Shown: positions 11,367 through 22,341 of the stretch, in pieces | Layout of the letters: every line of letters starts with the position of its first letter | Position numbering within the stretch: the stretch's first letter is position 1 | Program-made: the position numbers and the translations under genes | NCBI GenBank assembly: GCA_963664815.2 | Contig: CAXXHB010000002.1 | Span: 256,001-320,000, forward strand | Origin: Spirochaetota bacterium | GTDB taxonomy: Bacteria > Spirochaetota > UBA4802 > UBA5550 | Direction of reading: 5' to 3' | DNA: 64,000 nt | Notes under the pieces: generated by a model | Seen by the model: only the letters and a program-made list of their open reading frames with translations | Told to the model about the DNA's origin: nothing | Databases searched by the model: none

Positions 11367-12116
11367 CTATTCCCCGATCTTAGCCATTATCTCATCAGGG
11401 ATATCGTAATTTGAATAAACTTCCTGAGTATCATCCTGATCTTCAAGCTGTTCCATTATCCTCAGGCACTGAGTTGCTTTTTTCTCATCAAGTACAACTG
11501 TAGTTTTTGGAATATATGTCAGCTGATTCATTAAAAGATGAAATTCTTTTTTTGAAAGAAAATCTGAAACCTGAACATACCCCTCAGGAGATGTTGTAAT
11601 TACAATGTTACCATCTTCACTCTTGATATCTTCAATATCAAAATCCAGAAGCATCTCTATAACTTCATCTTCGGTGATTTTTCCACCTTCAATAATCAGT
11701 ATCCCTTTCCTGTCAAAGAGGTAATTTACAGACCCTGTTTCTCCAAGGTTCCCGCCATTTTTACCCAGTATTGATCTGATTTCCGGAGTAGTCCGGTTTT
11801 TATTATCAGTAATACAATCAACCATGATAGCTACTCCACCTGGGCCGTAACCTTCATACCTGACCTCTTCATATACAGCTCCTTCAATGTTACCCATTCC
11901 TTTTTTTATAGCCCTGTCAATATTGTCATTGGGCATGTTTGAATCTTTGGCTTTTAAAACAGCTGTACGAAGCCTTGGATTTGAATCCAAATCCTCACCA
12001 CCAGCCCTCGCAGCAACAGTAATCTCCCTTATGAGTTTTGTAAAAAGAGCACCTCTTTTTGCATCAGTAACACCTTTCTTTCTTTTAATTGTAGACCACT
12101 TATTATGTCCTGACAT
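11367..12116 (-). CDS. yebC: YebC/PmpR family protein
   Basis: MSGHNKWSTIKRKK, YEGYGPGG, TDNKNRT; usual position upstream of ruvC. Confidence 0.96.
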   Translation of the reverse strand: MSGHNKWSTIKRKKGVTDAKRGALFTKLIREITVAARAGGEDLDSNPRLRTAVLKAKDSNMPNDNIDRAIKKGMGNIEGAVYEEVRYEGYGPGGVAIMVDCITDNKNRTTPEIRSILGKNGGNLGETGSVNYLFDRKGILIIEGGKITEDEVIEMLLDFDIEDIKSEDGNIVITTSPEGYVQVSDFLSKKEFHLLMNQLTYIPKTTVVLDEKKATQCLRIMEQLEDQDDTQEVYSNYDIPDEIMAKIGE

Positions 12117-12251
12117 AAAAACCTCTTAGATAAATACTTATTTTAATATATGGAAAAAAACTATTTTTCTTTTATATAATATTCAATGATATAATACAAA
12201 CAGATTTTAATATGGAAAAATAATATATTTTTAAATATGAATTGCAATATA

Positions 12252-13538
12252 CTAATACCCCCTTTTAATTTTCAACTGTAATTTTACAATCATCTTTCTT
12301 GCATCATTAGAGTTATAATCATATTTCACTGCTTCCCTGTAAAACTTAATCGCCTCTTCATATCTTTCATTCTTTTCATTTGACACAGCAATTAACCATC
12401 TAAGTCTCCCCGGCTCCAGTTTATTGAATTCTAACTGAAGATTTTCCAGTTCTTTATCAATCTTATTCCTGTCATCTGTCAGAATTTCATAATCTTCATA
12501 TTTCTCAAATTCTTTGTTATTAATTAACGCTTCTTTCAGTTTATTCATTCTGGAATTAACTTCATTTCTTTCACTGGTTTTTGTTTCAATCAATTCAAGA
12601 ACTTTAATCTGGTATTTAATACATTCATTATAAAATATCAGGGCTTTATCATATTTTAAATTATTATAAGACATATCCCCAAGATATTCATATGATTTTG
12701 ATCTTCTGAAAATATCCCCCTCTTTAAGGATTTTAATAGCCCTTTGAAGAGATGACTCTGCTAAAATATAATTCCCTGTTTTTTTATAAGAAATATACCC
12801 AAGTGCAAAAAGAATTTCAGCATTATCCGGCTTCATGCGCAGATATTCATTATAGTATTTTTCTGTTTCGAGATATTTTTCCAGGCTCTCATAAAGGTTA
12901 CCGAGCTTTAAATATATTTCCGGTTTTATCTCATTTTCTGTATTTTCAACATATCGTTTTAAATGGAAAATTGCCTTTTTTTTATCTCTTGTTACAGATA
13001 ACTCATTACCTATCTCTAATGAATATTTATATTCACCCGGATTTAAATCATACGCCTGTTCCAATGCATCAATATATCCCTTAAAATATATTTTTTCGTT
13101 ATACATCCTGAAAACCTGGGCAATTTCATAAAATACGACATCATCCCTGCGTAATTCGAGGTTCCTGAACCGCAAAGACTGTATATAATGGTTTAATCCA
13201 TCCTTTTTTTTCCCGAGTTTTATATAGCATCGCGCAGCATAAAAATGTAATTCCGCCAAATCCTTATTTTCCTCTATGAAAAAACCTTTCTCTTTTCTCT
13301 TTCTGAATAGAGTAAGAAGATCAGCGCTTTCACTGACATTACTCAATGCAAGATACCCTGCCGGAATTCTTTTATCTTCAATTTTCTTTTCATACATGAT
13401 TGTTAGCTTTGAATTAATGATCTCAAGCGATTTGTCATATTCTTTATTATTATAAAAAGAAATATAATCCTCCCCGCTCTGACCGAACAGAGAACTGAAA
13501 AAAAATATTAAAAACAGCAATACTAATTTTTTTTCCAT
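12252..13538 (-). CDS. Exported TPR-repeat protein
   Basis: Signal peptide and several TPR-like repeats (YLKLGNLY, LFALGYI, YEYLGDM). Confidence 0.75.
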   Translation of the reverse strand: MEKKLVLLFLIFFFSSLFGQSGEDYISFYNNKEYDKSLEIINSKLTIMYEKKIEDKRIPAGYLALSNVSESADLLTLFRKRKEKGFFIEENKDLAELHFYAARCYIKLGKKKDGLNHYIQSLRFRNLELRRDDVVFYEIAQVFRMYNEKIYFKGYIDALEQAYDLNPGEYKYSLEIGNELSVTRDKKKAIFHLKRYVENTENEIKPEIYLKLGNLYESLEKYLETEKYYNEYLRMKPDNAEILFALGYISYKKTGNYILAESSLQRAIKILKEGDIFRRSKSYEYLGDMSYNNLKYDKALIFYNECIKYQIKVLELIETKTSERNEVNSRMNKLKEALINNKEFEKYEDYEILTDDRNKIDKELENLQLEFNKLEPGRLRWLIAVSNEKNERYEEAIKFYREAVKYDYNSNDARKMIVKLQLKIKRGY

Positions 13539-13738
13539 TTTACATTTCCCGCTGAAACATAAATTACATATTTTTACTCTTTATAATTATCGGAAAAAAT
13601 TGATTGTAAAAATCATTCTTTGCTTTTTAATTTTTGCATAATAAATTTATAATTTTTAACAAAAACATACCGATTTTATTATAGATAATCTTTTAAAAAG
13701 AATTTAATAGTACGTGTTCTAATGAGGAGTCTCCATAA

Positions 13739-16732
13739 ATGAGTCATTTTAAACAATTCAGTTATCCTGATATATCAAAAAGATGGATGATTCTTATCTC
13801 TGTTTTCCTATTATTTTTCGAACTGATAACACTGCTATCAGATATAATAATCTCACTTAAGCAATTTTTTCCATATTTTCCTATAATAAGAACAGTTCTA
13901 ATTATTGCGTTGTTATCATTCTTAGCTGGAAGTATAATTGGAAAAATTATTTATTCATCATTAAAAAAATTCAGACTTATCAATATAACATCATCATTTC
14001 TTCTTTTTTCAATATTCTTTTTTTATTATTTTAAAGTTCAGCTTTTCGGTCAGAATTTTACACATTTTAATCTTTATGTTCAATCAAGATATCTTGCAAC
14101 ACTATTAATAGTTATTCCATCATTTTTAGCTGGTTTGATTAATTGTTATTTTATCAAGATCTCAACAGGAGATTTTATTGATGAAAAAAATCTCCTCTCC
14201 AGCTATCTGATTTTTTTCTTTCTGGGCATCTCTTCAGCAGCTGCTTTTTCATTAATCATGCATTTAATATATCCGGAAGTTTTTTATCTCCGGTATTTCT
14301 ATATTTTTATAACATTTATCCTCATAGTTTTCGCATGTTTTATTAATATTCCATTTATTCCTGAATCACTGATAGCTCAACATTATCCCGATGATGACCA
14401 TATAGAACAGGAAATGCAGATTCACAGGGAAGATCTTTTTTATGCATATATCAATTTTTCATATATAATCATTTACCTTTACCTTGGATTGATTTCATTC
14501 AATAAATTCTTTGGAAATATATACTATTATAACTCTGTTTTTATATCTGTTTCATTGATATCTCTTGTAATAGGAATAATTATTGGAACGATTAAAAAAT
14601 TTTCTTCCTGGCATATATTCAGCGAAATGCTTTTCCCTCTCTTCTTTTTATGTTACCTGTTCTTTCTCTTTAATTATGAAAATAAAATCAGCGCTCCGAC
14701 AGGATTTCTTATTCTGATTCTGCCATCTCTTGTCTTCGGTTTCTCTTTGAAACAGACAGTACTCAATATTACTCACCATTTTGATCATGAAAAAAGATTC
14801 AATATAATTAATTTTTCACTATTCATCCTTCCAATCCCCATTGTTATAGCAGCATCCCTTGTTCCTTATACAAACCTTTCTTTTTTTCTGATACTCTATG
14901 TCATAACGTTTCTCAATATAATCATACCAGGTTTATACCTGTTAAATTCATCCCTGAGTTCGGGGAAAAAACTTTTTTACTTTTTCTTCTCACTTCTTTT
15001 TATTCCTGCAATAATCTTCATGCACCTTTACTATAAAATTCCATTAAATAATAAAGCATTTGTTAACAATATTTCAAATTTTGAATTACTGCGAAACACA
15101 AATTATAATCTGCCATATATTGGTGAAAGAGGTGAAATAAAAAAATCTGATTCAACAATTTTTTATCTGTCTGACAACACAATAAAAAATTTAAAAAGAG
15201 CCGTGGCGACCACCTCCCTTTTTTGTGAAGAAGATTCAAAAATACTTGTGATAGACAGTAATCAGAAGTTTTTCAGAAATCCGCTTTTCGGATTTTATAA
15301 TAATGCAACTATAATTGATAATATCTCTTCAGAATTTGTAAATAATAATAAACTCCCTGTCTCAGGAAGAGAGTTATATGTCGCTCAGGAGAAAGAGATT
15401 TTAAATTTTCTGATAGATAATAAAGATAAGTACTTTTCAATTATTGATGCTCCGAATATTCTCGATCAGAATTTTCACTCATATCGATTTTCTAAAGAAT
15501 ATTATTCATTAATAAAAAACAGACTCCCCCAAAACGGACTATATATAAATATAATAGACCTTCAGCTTGCAAACTATAATCTGATTAACAATTCATTATC
15601 AGCCATTTCCGATTTATATAAATATCACCTTGTTTTTCTTTTCTCAAACTTTGCTCTTACAATTTCATCTGATAGTATTGAAAGCCTGAAAATCAGTCAA
15701 AACTCCATTAAACGAATCAATAAAATAATACAGAATAATTCCATTTATGGACTGATCTTCTTCGATGAAACACATCCTTTCAATAATTTACTGTTTAATG
15801 ATCTTAACATCTTTCAGAATTTTCTTACTACATCAACAAAAATAAACTCTTATATATACTCTTCTGTTGAGATTAAAAACATTCCTGAACAGCTAACCGA
15901 ATTCTATTTTTCATATAAGAATGAATGGATAAATTCTCTTTTTATAATTGATAAAGATAGTCAGACATTTATGACTTCATTTAAATCTGATCTGCAGAAA
16001 AACGAACCAATTCTTGAAATTATTAAAAAAGCTGAATATGCTGAATCAATAAATGCATATGATCAGGAAACAATTCTCCTTTTTCAATTAAAGAAATACG
16101 AACCCTACAATATTGAAATGAAAAATTATCTCCAGCGAATCATGGAATTTAAAGAAAACTATTATTTCAGTGAAGCGCTGAGACTTGAAAAAGAAAAAAA
16201 ATGGGATGATGCAGCAATTCTGTACAGAGCAATTCTGACTATGAACAACGACAACTTTGATGCAAATTACAGATTTGGCCTTTTATACATAACGCTTCAG
16301 GACTTAAATAATGCCTTCAAATACCTTGATACGGCCTTGAAACTTAATAAAAACCATCCACAGGTTCTTTATCAGATGGGTATCCTGTTATTTTCCAGTG
16401 ACAAATTTAAAGAATCAATAGATTATCTCGAAAAAGCCAAGGAACTTGGAATTAATACCGCTACTCTTTATTTATATCTTGGAATTTCTTATGAAAAACA
16501 AAATCAGCTTGATAAGGCTAAAGAAAATCTCGAAAAAGCTGCCGTTCTGGATCCCAGCGATGCAAAACTTCAATCACTAATAAACCAGTTGAATAATAAA
16601 ATCATTATTGAGACAGATCAGGGTTTGACTGAAGAAAAGAAAAATATGTCAGATGATGAGCAGGATGAAGAAATAAAAATCCCTGTCAATAAAAAAGCAA
16701 TCAAAGCGAGGCTTAAAGATAATGAACAATAA
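13739..16732 (+). CDS. Polytopic membrane protein with degenerate spermidine-synthase-like domain and C-terminal TPRs
   Basis: ~430 aa hydrophobic N-terminus; KILVID, FSKEYYSLIKNRLPQNGLY; TPR repeats near the C-terminus. Confidence 0.65.
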   Translation: MSHFKQFSYPDISKRWMILISVFLLFFELITLLSDIIISLKQFFPYFPIIRTVLIIALLSFLAGSIIGKIIYSSLKKFRLINITSSFLLFSIFFFYYFKVQLFGQNFTHFNLYVQSRYLATLLIVIPSFLAGLINCYFIKISTGDFIDEKNLLSSYLIFFFLGISSAAAFSLIMHLIYPEVFYLRYFYIFITFILIVFACFINIPFIPESLIAQHYPDDDHIEQEMQIHREDLFYAYINFSYIIIYLYLGLISFNKFFGNIYYYNSVFISVSLISLVIGIIIGTIKKFSSWHIFSEMLFPLFFLCYLFFLFNYENKISAPTGFLILILPSLVFGFSLKQTVLNITHHFDHEKRFNIINFSLFILPIPIVIAASLVPYTNLSFFLILYVITFLNIIIPGLYLLNSSLSSGKKLFYFFFSLLFIPAIIFMHLYYKIPLNNKAFVNNISNFELLRNTNYNLPYIGERGEIKKSDSTIFYLSDNTIKNLKRAVATTSLFCEEDSKILVIDSNQKFFRNPLFGFYNNATIIDNISSEFVNNNKLPVSGRELYVAQEKEILNFLIDNKDKYFSIIDAPNILDQNFHSYRFSKEYYSLIKNRLPQNGLYINIIDLQLANYNLINNSLSAISDLYKYHLVFLFSNFALTISSDSIESLKISQNSIKRINKIIQNNSIYGLIFFDETHPFNNLLFNDLNIFQNFLTTSTKINSYIYSSVEIKNIPEQLTEFYFSYKNEWINSLFIIDKDSQTFMTSFKSDLQKNEPILEIIKKAEYAESINAYDQETILLFQLKKYEPYNIEMKNYLQRIMEFKENYYFSEALRLEKEKKWDDAAILYRAILTMNNDNFDANYRFGLLYITLQDLNNAFKYLDTALKLNKNHPQVLYQMGILLFSSDKFKESIDYLEKAKELGINTATLYLYLGISYEKQNQLDKAKENLEKAAVLDPSDAKLQSLINQLNNKIIIETDQGLTEEKKNMSDDEQDEEIKIPVNKKAIKARLKDNEQ

Positions 16733-16789
16733 AACCGCAGATTTTTTTATTCTACGGTTTTAAAAGACATTAAACAGAATTTAATTTTT

Positions 16790-17980
16790 TTATAATTTAT
16801 ATGAAGCCATAGCTTCTTTAAATTTCGGAACAGCTCTCTGTATTATATTTTCAGATATGCAATAGGCAATACGAATATAACCGGGTCCGCCAAAACCAAC
16901 CCCTGGAACAGCAAGAATATTATATTTCTGTAAATGCCTTACAAAATCTACATCATCTCCGCCTGGCGCTTTGCAGAATAAATAAAACGCACCTTCCGGT
17001 TCAGAAAATTCATACCCCGCATCCTTCAGCCCGGCCATTAAAATATCACGCCTTCTTTTATATATATCAACATTAACAGCTGCATCATTCAGCTCGGCTA
17101 CAATTCTCTGCATTAATGCAGGAGCATTAACAAATCCAAGAATTCTGTTACTGAGATTTAAACCTGCAATAAAAAGATTAACATTTTTCATTGAAGGATT
17201 AACTGCAACATAGCCGATTCTTTCACCGGGTAATGACAGGGATTTAGAGTAAGAATTTACTACCAGTGCATTCTCATATTTTGAAAGTACCGGTGAAACC
17301 TCTTTATTGTCATAAACAATCTCTCTGTATGGTTCATCACAGATCAGGGAAATCGCCCTGTCTCCGCTGTTTTTCCTTTTCAGCATATTACACAGATTAT
17401 CTATATCTTTCCCGCTGTATATTTTACCTGTCGGATTATTCGGGCTGTTTATTATAATTCCTTTTGTTTTAGGTGTTATTGCTTTCTCAATGGCATCAAC
17501 ATTAATCGAAAAATCATCATTTGAATCAACGAGTACAAGAACACCCTGGTGGTTTGATACATAAAAGCCATATTCAGCAAAATAGGGTTTAATTGCTATT
17601 ATTTCATCACCAGGATCAAGAATTGTTTTTAAAATAATATTCATTCCACCGGCAGCACCACAAGTCATTACAATAGAATTACCATCCAACTTAATTTTAT
17701 GATCTTTCTCCACTTTGTGAGCTATGGAACTTCTTACATTCTCAAAACCGGAATTTGACATATATCCATGTACACCCGGTTTTATTGTATCTGCCATCTG
17801 CTTCAATGTTTTAAAAAATTCTTCCGGAGGTTCAATATCAGGATTTCCCAGACTGAAATCAAAAACATTATCAGCGCCAAACTCCGCCTTTAACTTCGCA
17901 CCTTCTTCAAACATTTTCCTGATCCATGAAGATTTCTCTATTGAATCCTGTATTTTCATTGAAACTGACATATTCACCAC
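16790..17980 (-). CDS. PLP-dependent class I/II (aspartate-type) aminotransferase
   Basis: DFSLGNP, NSPNNPTG, DEPY, SYSKSLSLPGERIGY. Confidence 0.93.
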   Translation of the reverse strand: MVNMSVSMKIQDSIEKSSWIRKMFEEGAKLKAEFGADNVFDFSLGNPDIEPPEEFFKTLKQMADTIKPGVHGYMSNSGFENVRSSIAHKVEKDHKIKLDGNSIVMTCGAAGGMNIILKTILDPGDEIIAIKPYFAEYGFYVSNHQGVLVLVDSNDDFSINVDAIEKAITPKTKGIIINSPNNPTGKIYSGKDIDNLCNMLKRKNSGDRAISLICDEPYREIVYDNKEVSPVLSKYENALVVNSYSKSLSLPGERIGYVAVNPSMKNVNLFIAGLNLSNRILGFVNAPALMQRIVAELNDAAVNVDIYKRRRDILMAGLKDAGYEFSEPEGAFYLFCKAPGGDDVDFVRHLQKYNILAVPGVGFGGPGYIRIAYCISENIIQRAVPKFKEAMASYKL

Positions 17981-17981
17981 C

Positions 17982-18713
17982 CTATTTTCTGTTTTCTTCT
18001 ATCTTTTTCATCAGGCTTTTAATCGCTTCATTTTCCGGTGCAATTCCAAAAGCTTTTTTTGCATAACTTTCAGCATCATTGCTTTTCCCCATCATTACAA
18101 GACTTTGGGCAATATTAAAATTAATCTCAACTGATTCCGGATCGATTGCAAGAGCTACAGAAAAAGCGGCATTGGCGTCACCAAATTTGCCTAATTTCAT
18201 CAACACCATTCCAAGATCGTTATAAGAAAAATAAAATTCAGGATCCATTGCATTTGCCTTTTCCAGTAATTCCTTTGCCCTGCTTAAATTCCCTTTTTTA
18301 TAATAAACTCTTCCCAAAATCCAGAAAAGCATAGGATCTTCCTTTATATTAAAACCATCTTCAATAACCGATTTTGCCGCATTCAGTTTTCCTTTTTCCG
18401 AAAGCATTATTGCCAAATCTATATATGGATCTACTTTAGTTTTATCTATAGCCATACATTTTCTGAAATGAGAAGATGCCGAATCTACATTTCCAAGTTT
18501 CCAGTGATTATGCGCTGCGAGAAATCTTATTTTGTAATTCGGTGAACCCTGTTTAAAATCATCTGCAACAATTAAATCCTTTCCGAGAACTGCCAGAGAA
18601 TCCTGATATTTTTTTTCCTGAAACAACACAAGCGCCTGATCATAGGCCGCAAAAACATCCGAATACATAATTATGAACATCAATGAAAAGAAAAACAGCT
18701 TTTTCATACGCAA
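17982..18713 (-). CDS. Exported TPR-repeat protein
   Basis: Signal peptide and tandem TPR motifs. Confidence 0.8.
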   Translation of the reverse strand: MRMKKLFFFSLMFIIMYSDVFAAYDQALVLFQEKKYQDSLAVLGKDLIVADDFKQGSPNYKIRFLAAHNHWKLGNVDSASSHFRKCMAIDKTKVDPYIDLAIMLSEKGKLNAAKSVIEDGFNIKEDPMLFWILGRVYYKKGNLSRAKELLEKANAMDPEFYFSYNDLGMVLMKLGKFGDANAAFSVALAIDPESVEINFNIAQSLVMMGKSNDAESYAKKAFGIAPENEAIKSLMKKIEENRK

Positions 18714-18915
18714 TCCTTTAAATACATTTTGTAAAATTTTAAAGAGTCGTTTATAAAATAAAAACCACTATCTCTATCCTTATAATTCAACAACCTTTAA
18801 GATTTATAGAATGTTTAATTTAAATAAATATCTTTAATCTATGATTATATAAGATTTTTTAATACTGCAATTTATTTTCAATAACTATTTACTGATTTTT
18901 TCATTTTTTAAACTA

Positions 18916-18951
18916 AAAGGGGCCGGTCATTCTTCAGACCAGCCCCTTTTT
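18916..18951 (-). terminator. Terminator after ppdK
   Basis: aaaaggggccggtc..gaccagcccctttt hairpin. Confidence 0.75.
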
Positions 18952-18979
18952 ATTAAATAAAAAAACTTAAAATTTTATT

Positions 18980-21703
18980 CTACTTTTTTTTCTCATCATT
19001 CATTATCGCAGCCTGTGCAGCAGCAAGTCTTGCAATAGGAACACGAAATGGCGAACAACTTACATAATTGAGACCCAGAAGATGACAGAATTCAACTGAA
19101 TTAGGATCTCCTCCATGTTCTCCGCAAATACCCACCTTCAGATTTTTGTTTACTCCCCTTCCTTTGGTAACTCCCATTTTCATCATTTCACCAACGCCTG
19201 ATCTGTCAATTGTCTTAAACGGATCTGTGGGTAATATTTTTTTATCGATATACTCAGGGAGGAAAACTCCGGCATCATCACGGCTGTACCCGAATGTCAT
19301 CTGTGTAAGATCATTTGTTCCGAAAGAGAAAAATTCCGCTTCGCCTGCTATAACATCCGCAGTTATACACGCCCTGGGAATTTCAATCATTGTACCTACA
19401 TGATAATCTACTTTTACTTTTTTCTGCGACATAACTTTTTCTGCTGTATCAACAATTATCTGCTTCTGCAGCGTAAATTCCTTAATTGTTCCAACAAGAG
19501 GAACCATAACTTCAGGTTTAACATCAACTCCCTTTTTCTTGAGTTCACATGCAGCTTCAAAAATTGCCTGAGCCTGCATCTCAGTAATTTCCGGGTATGT
19601 TATTCCAAGACGGCATCCCCTGTGGCCAAGCATCGGGTTAAATTCATGAAGTGAAGCAACCCTTTCCTTTACCTTTTCAAGTGAGATGCCCATCTCTGTA
19701 GCCATCTCTTTCTGGCTCTCTTCATCGTGTGGCACAAACTCATGCAGCGGAGGATCAAGAAGTCTTATAGTTACTCCATATCCTTCCATAGCGCTCAGAA
19801 TACCGGTAAAATCTTTTTTCTGCATTGGAAGAAGTTTTTTCAGGGCCTTTTTTCTTCCTTCAAGATCTTCAGCAAGAATCATCTCTCTGACAGCCTTAAT
19901 TCTGTCCCCCTCAAAAAACATATGTTCTGTACGGCAAAGGCCTATGCCCTGGGCGCCGAAATCACGCGCAACCTGCGCATCTTTTGGAGTATCCGCATTT
20001 GTCCTTACAATCAGCTTTTTATATTCATCAGCCCATTTCATAATAGTTGAAAAATTTCCGGAGAGTTTGGCATCAATTGTATTTACCTTGCCGAGCATGA
20101 CATCCCCTGTTGATCCATCGAGTGAAATAAAATCACCTTCCTTAATGATAATATCGCCAACCTTCATGATTCTGGAGGAATAATCTATCGCAAGAGTTCC
20201 GCATCCGGAAACGCAGCATTTACCCATACCCCTTGCAACAACTGCCGCATGTGAGGTCATTCCGCCTCTGGCAGTGAGTATTCCCTGCGCAGCATTCATC
20301 CCTTTCAGATCTTCAGGAGATGTTTCTATACGTACAAGAATAACTTTTTCACCCCGTTCATTCCAGTCATCCGCATCATCTGCATTGAAAACAACCTTAC
20401 CTGTAGCTGCTCCCGGAGAAGCCGGCAGGCCCTTTGCGATAATCTGTTTTTTAGCCTTTGGATCGAACGTCGGATGCAGAAGCTGGTCAAGTGAAGCCGG
20501 TTCAACTCTCATAACTGCAGTCTTTTTGTCTATCAGTTTCTCTTCAACCATATCAACTGCAATTTTAACAGCTGCTGCTGCTGTCCGTTTACCGTTTCTT
20601 GTCTGAAGCATCCACAGCTGTTCATCCTGAATAGTGAATTCAATATCCTGCATATCCTTATAGTGTTTTTCAAGTTTCTGATAAACATCTACAAGCTGTT
20701 TATATGCTGAAGGCATATATTCTTCGAGAGAAAGAAACTTTTCTTTCCTTTCTTTTTCTGAAACTTCATTTTCTTTTGCCCATTTTTTAGATCCCTGGGC
20801 TGTTATCTGCTGAGGTGTTCGTATTCCGGCAACAACATCCTCCCCCTGTGCATTGATCAGGTATTCACCAAAAAACGCTTTTTCTCCGGTAGCGGGGTCT
20901 CTTGTAAAAGCGACGCCTGTCCCGCTCTTGTCACCCATGTTGCCATAAACCATAGCAACAACGCTTACTGCCGTACCCCATGAGTCGTCAAAACCGTTCA
21001 TTTTTCTGTAGAGTTTGGCTCTTTCATTATTCCATGACCCGAAAACTGCACCAATCGCCCCCCAGAGCTGCTCCTGAGGGTCATCCGGGAAAGGTTTCTT
21101 CAGTTTTTCCTTGATAAGAGCTTTAAACCTTTTTACCAGCTCTTTTAAATCATCAACATTCATTTCAAGATCAGACTTATAACCTTTTGAATGCTTGAGT
21201 TTTTCCATTACATCTTCAAAGGGATCAGTTTCATCTTTTCCTTCCGGTTTAAGGCCCATAACGACATCGCCATACATCTGGATAAATCTTCTGTACGAAT
21301 CCCATCCAAATCTTTCATTTCCTGATCGTTTAATTATACCCTTAACGGTATTGTCATTCAGACCAAGATTCAGAACTGTATCCATCATCCCCGGCATTGA
21401 AACCCTTGCCCCGGATCTTACAGATACAAGAAGCGGATTTTCAGGATCGCCAAAATTACGGCCCATAATTTTCTCTGTTTTTTTCATGGCCGCTTCAACA
21501 TCCTTATCAAGGCCTGCAGGAAATTTTCTGTTATTTTTGTAATATTCCGTGCAGACTTCTGTTGTTATGGTAAAACCCGCCGGAACGGGAACACCTATAT
21601 TTGACATTTCAGCAAGACCTGCACCTTTACCACCAAGGAGATTCTTCATATCAGAACTCCCCTCTCCGGAACCTCCACCAAAACTATAAACTCTTTTAGC
21701 CAT
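18980..21703 (-). CDS. ppdK: Pyruvate, phosphate dikinase
   Basis: LLGGKGAGLAEM, SVRSGARVSMPGMMDT, GGMTSHAAVVARG, SFGTNDLTQ; start placed at MAKRV after AGGAG. Confidence 0.98.
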   Translation of the reverse strand: MAKRVYSFGGGSGEGSSDMKNLLGGKGAGLAEMSNIGVPVPAGFTITTEVCTEYYKNNRKFPAGLDKDVEAAMKKTEKIMGRNFGDPENPLLVSVRSGARVSMPGMMDTVLNLGLNDNTVKGIIKRSGNERFGWDSYRRFIQMYGDVVMGLKPEGKDETDPFEDVMEKLKHSKGYKSDLEMNVDDLKELVKRFKALIKEKLKKPFPDDPQEQLWGAIGAVFGSWNNERAKLYRKMNGFDDSWGTAVSVVAMVYGNMGDKSGTGVAFTRDPATGEKAFFGEYLINAQGEDVVAGIRTPQQITAQGSKKWAKENEVSEKERKEKFLSLEEYMPSAYKQLVDVYQKLEKHYKDMQDIEFTIQDEQLWMLQTRNGKRTAAAAVKIAVDMVEEKLIDKKTAVMRVEPASLDQLLHPTFDPKAKKQIIAKGLPASPGAATGKVVFNADDADDWNERGEKVILVRIETSPEDLKGMNAAQGILTARGGMTSHAAVVARGMGKCCVSGCGTLAIDYSSRIMKVGDIIIKEGDFISLDGSTGDVMLGKVNTIDAKLSGNFSTIMKWADEYKKLIVRTNADTPKDAQVARDFGAQGIGLCRTEHMFFEGDRIKAVREMILAEDLEGRKKALKKLLPMQKKDFTGILSAMEGYGVTIRLLDPPLHEFVPHDEESQKEMATEMGISLEKVKERVASLHEFNPMLGHRGCRLGITYPEITEMQAQAIFEAACELKKKGVDVKPEVMVPLVGTIKEFTLQKQIIVDTAEKVMSQKKVKVDYHVGTMIEIPRACITADVIAGEAEFFSFGTNDLTQMTFGYSRDDAGVFLPEYIDKKILPTDPFKTIDRSGVGEMMKMGVTKGRGVNKNLKVGICGEHGGDPNSVEFCHLLGLNYVSCSPFRVPIARLAAAQAAIMNDEKKK

Positions 21704-22341
21704 TGATCGTTCTCCTTTAAACATATTAGCGACTAATTATAAGGTTGTTATAAAACCAGAAAATATTTTTTAATACTACCTCAAATACAATATTTCACAT
21801 TATTAAATATAAAAAAAAGAATATTTTTTCAAAAGCATCAAATTGTAAAGGTTTTTTTTCTATTTATTAAATAGTAATAAATTTATAATCAATGTCAAAA
21901 ATTGTTTAATATTAATATTATTATTAATATCATTCCGTGAGCAGTAAAAATTCTGTTTTTTATACTTAACCGGAAAGCTCTGCAAAAATCTGAAATATTT
22001 TATCATTCCTATCTTAAAAATGTTTATTTTTATTGCCATTATACTCTACAGTGGTAATAATTATATTAAAAATTTGATCTCTGATATATAAATTCTTAAG
22101 TCTTCTTTAAAATTATATGATTTACTGTATTTAATCCCGTGATATACGATTATTATACTCAGTTGTTAAAGTAATTAAATTACTTTCTGGTTAAATAGTA
22201 TTAATCAATTAATAAAATAATAGAAAAATATAAATCTTTTCTTCAATTTTTCTTAAAATATTTAATTATTTTCTTTTTAATTAAAATAATTTATAATGTT
22301 CATTAAAAAACCGATATAACATATATAGTATAATATCTGAT

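Noticed and set aside
21725-22341. Very AT-rich 600-bp intergenic region as possible replication origin
   Set aside because: No DnaA-box cluster or dnaA/dnaN nearby; consistent with a divergent promoter region.
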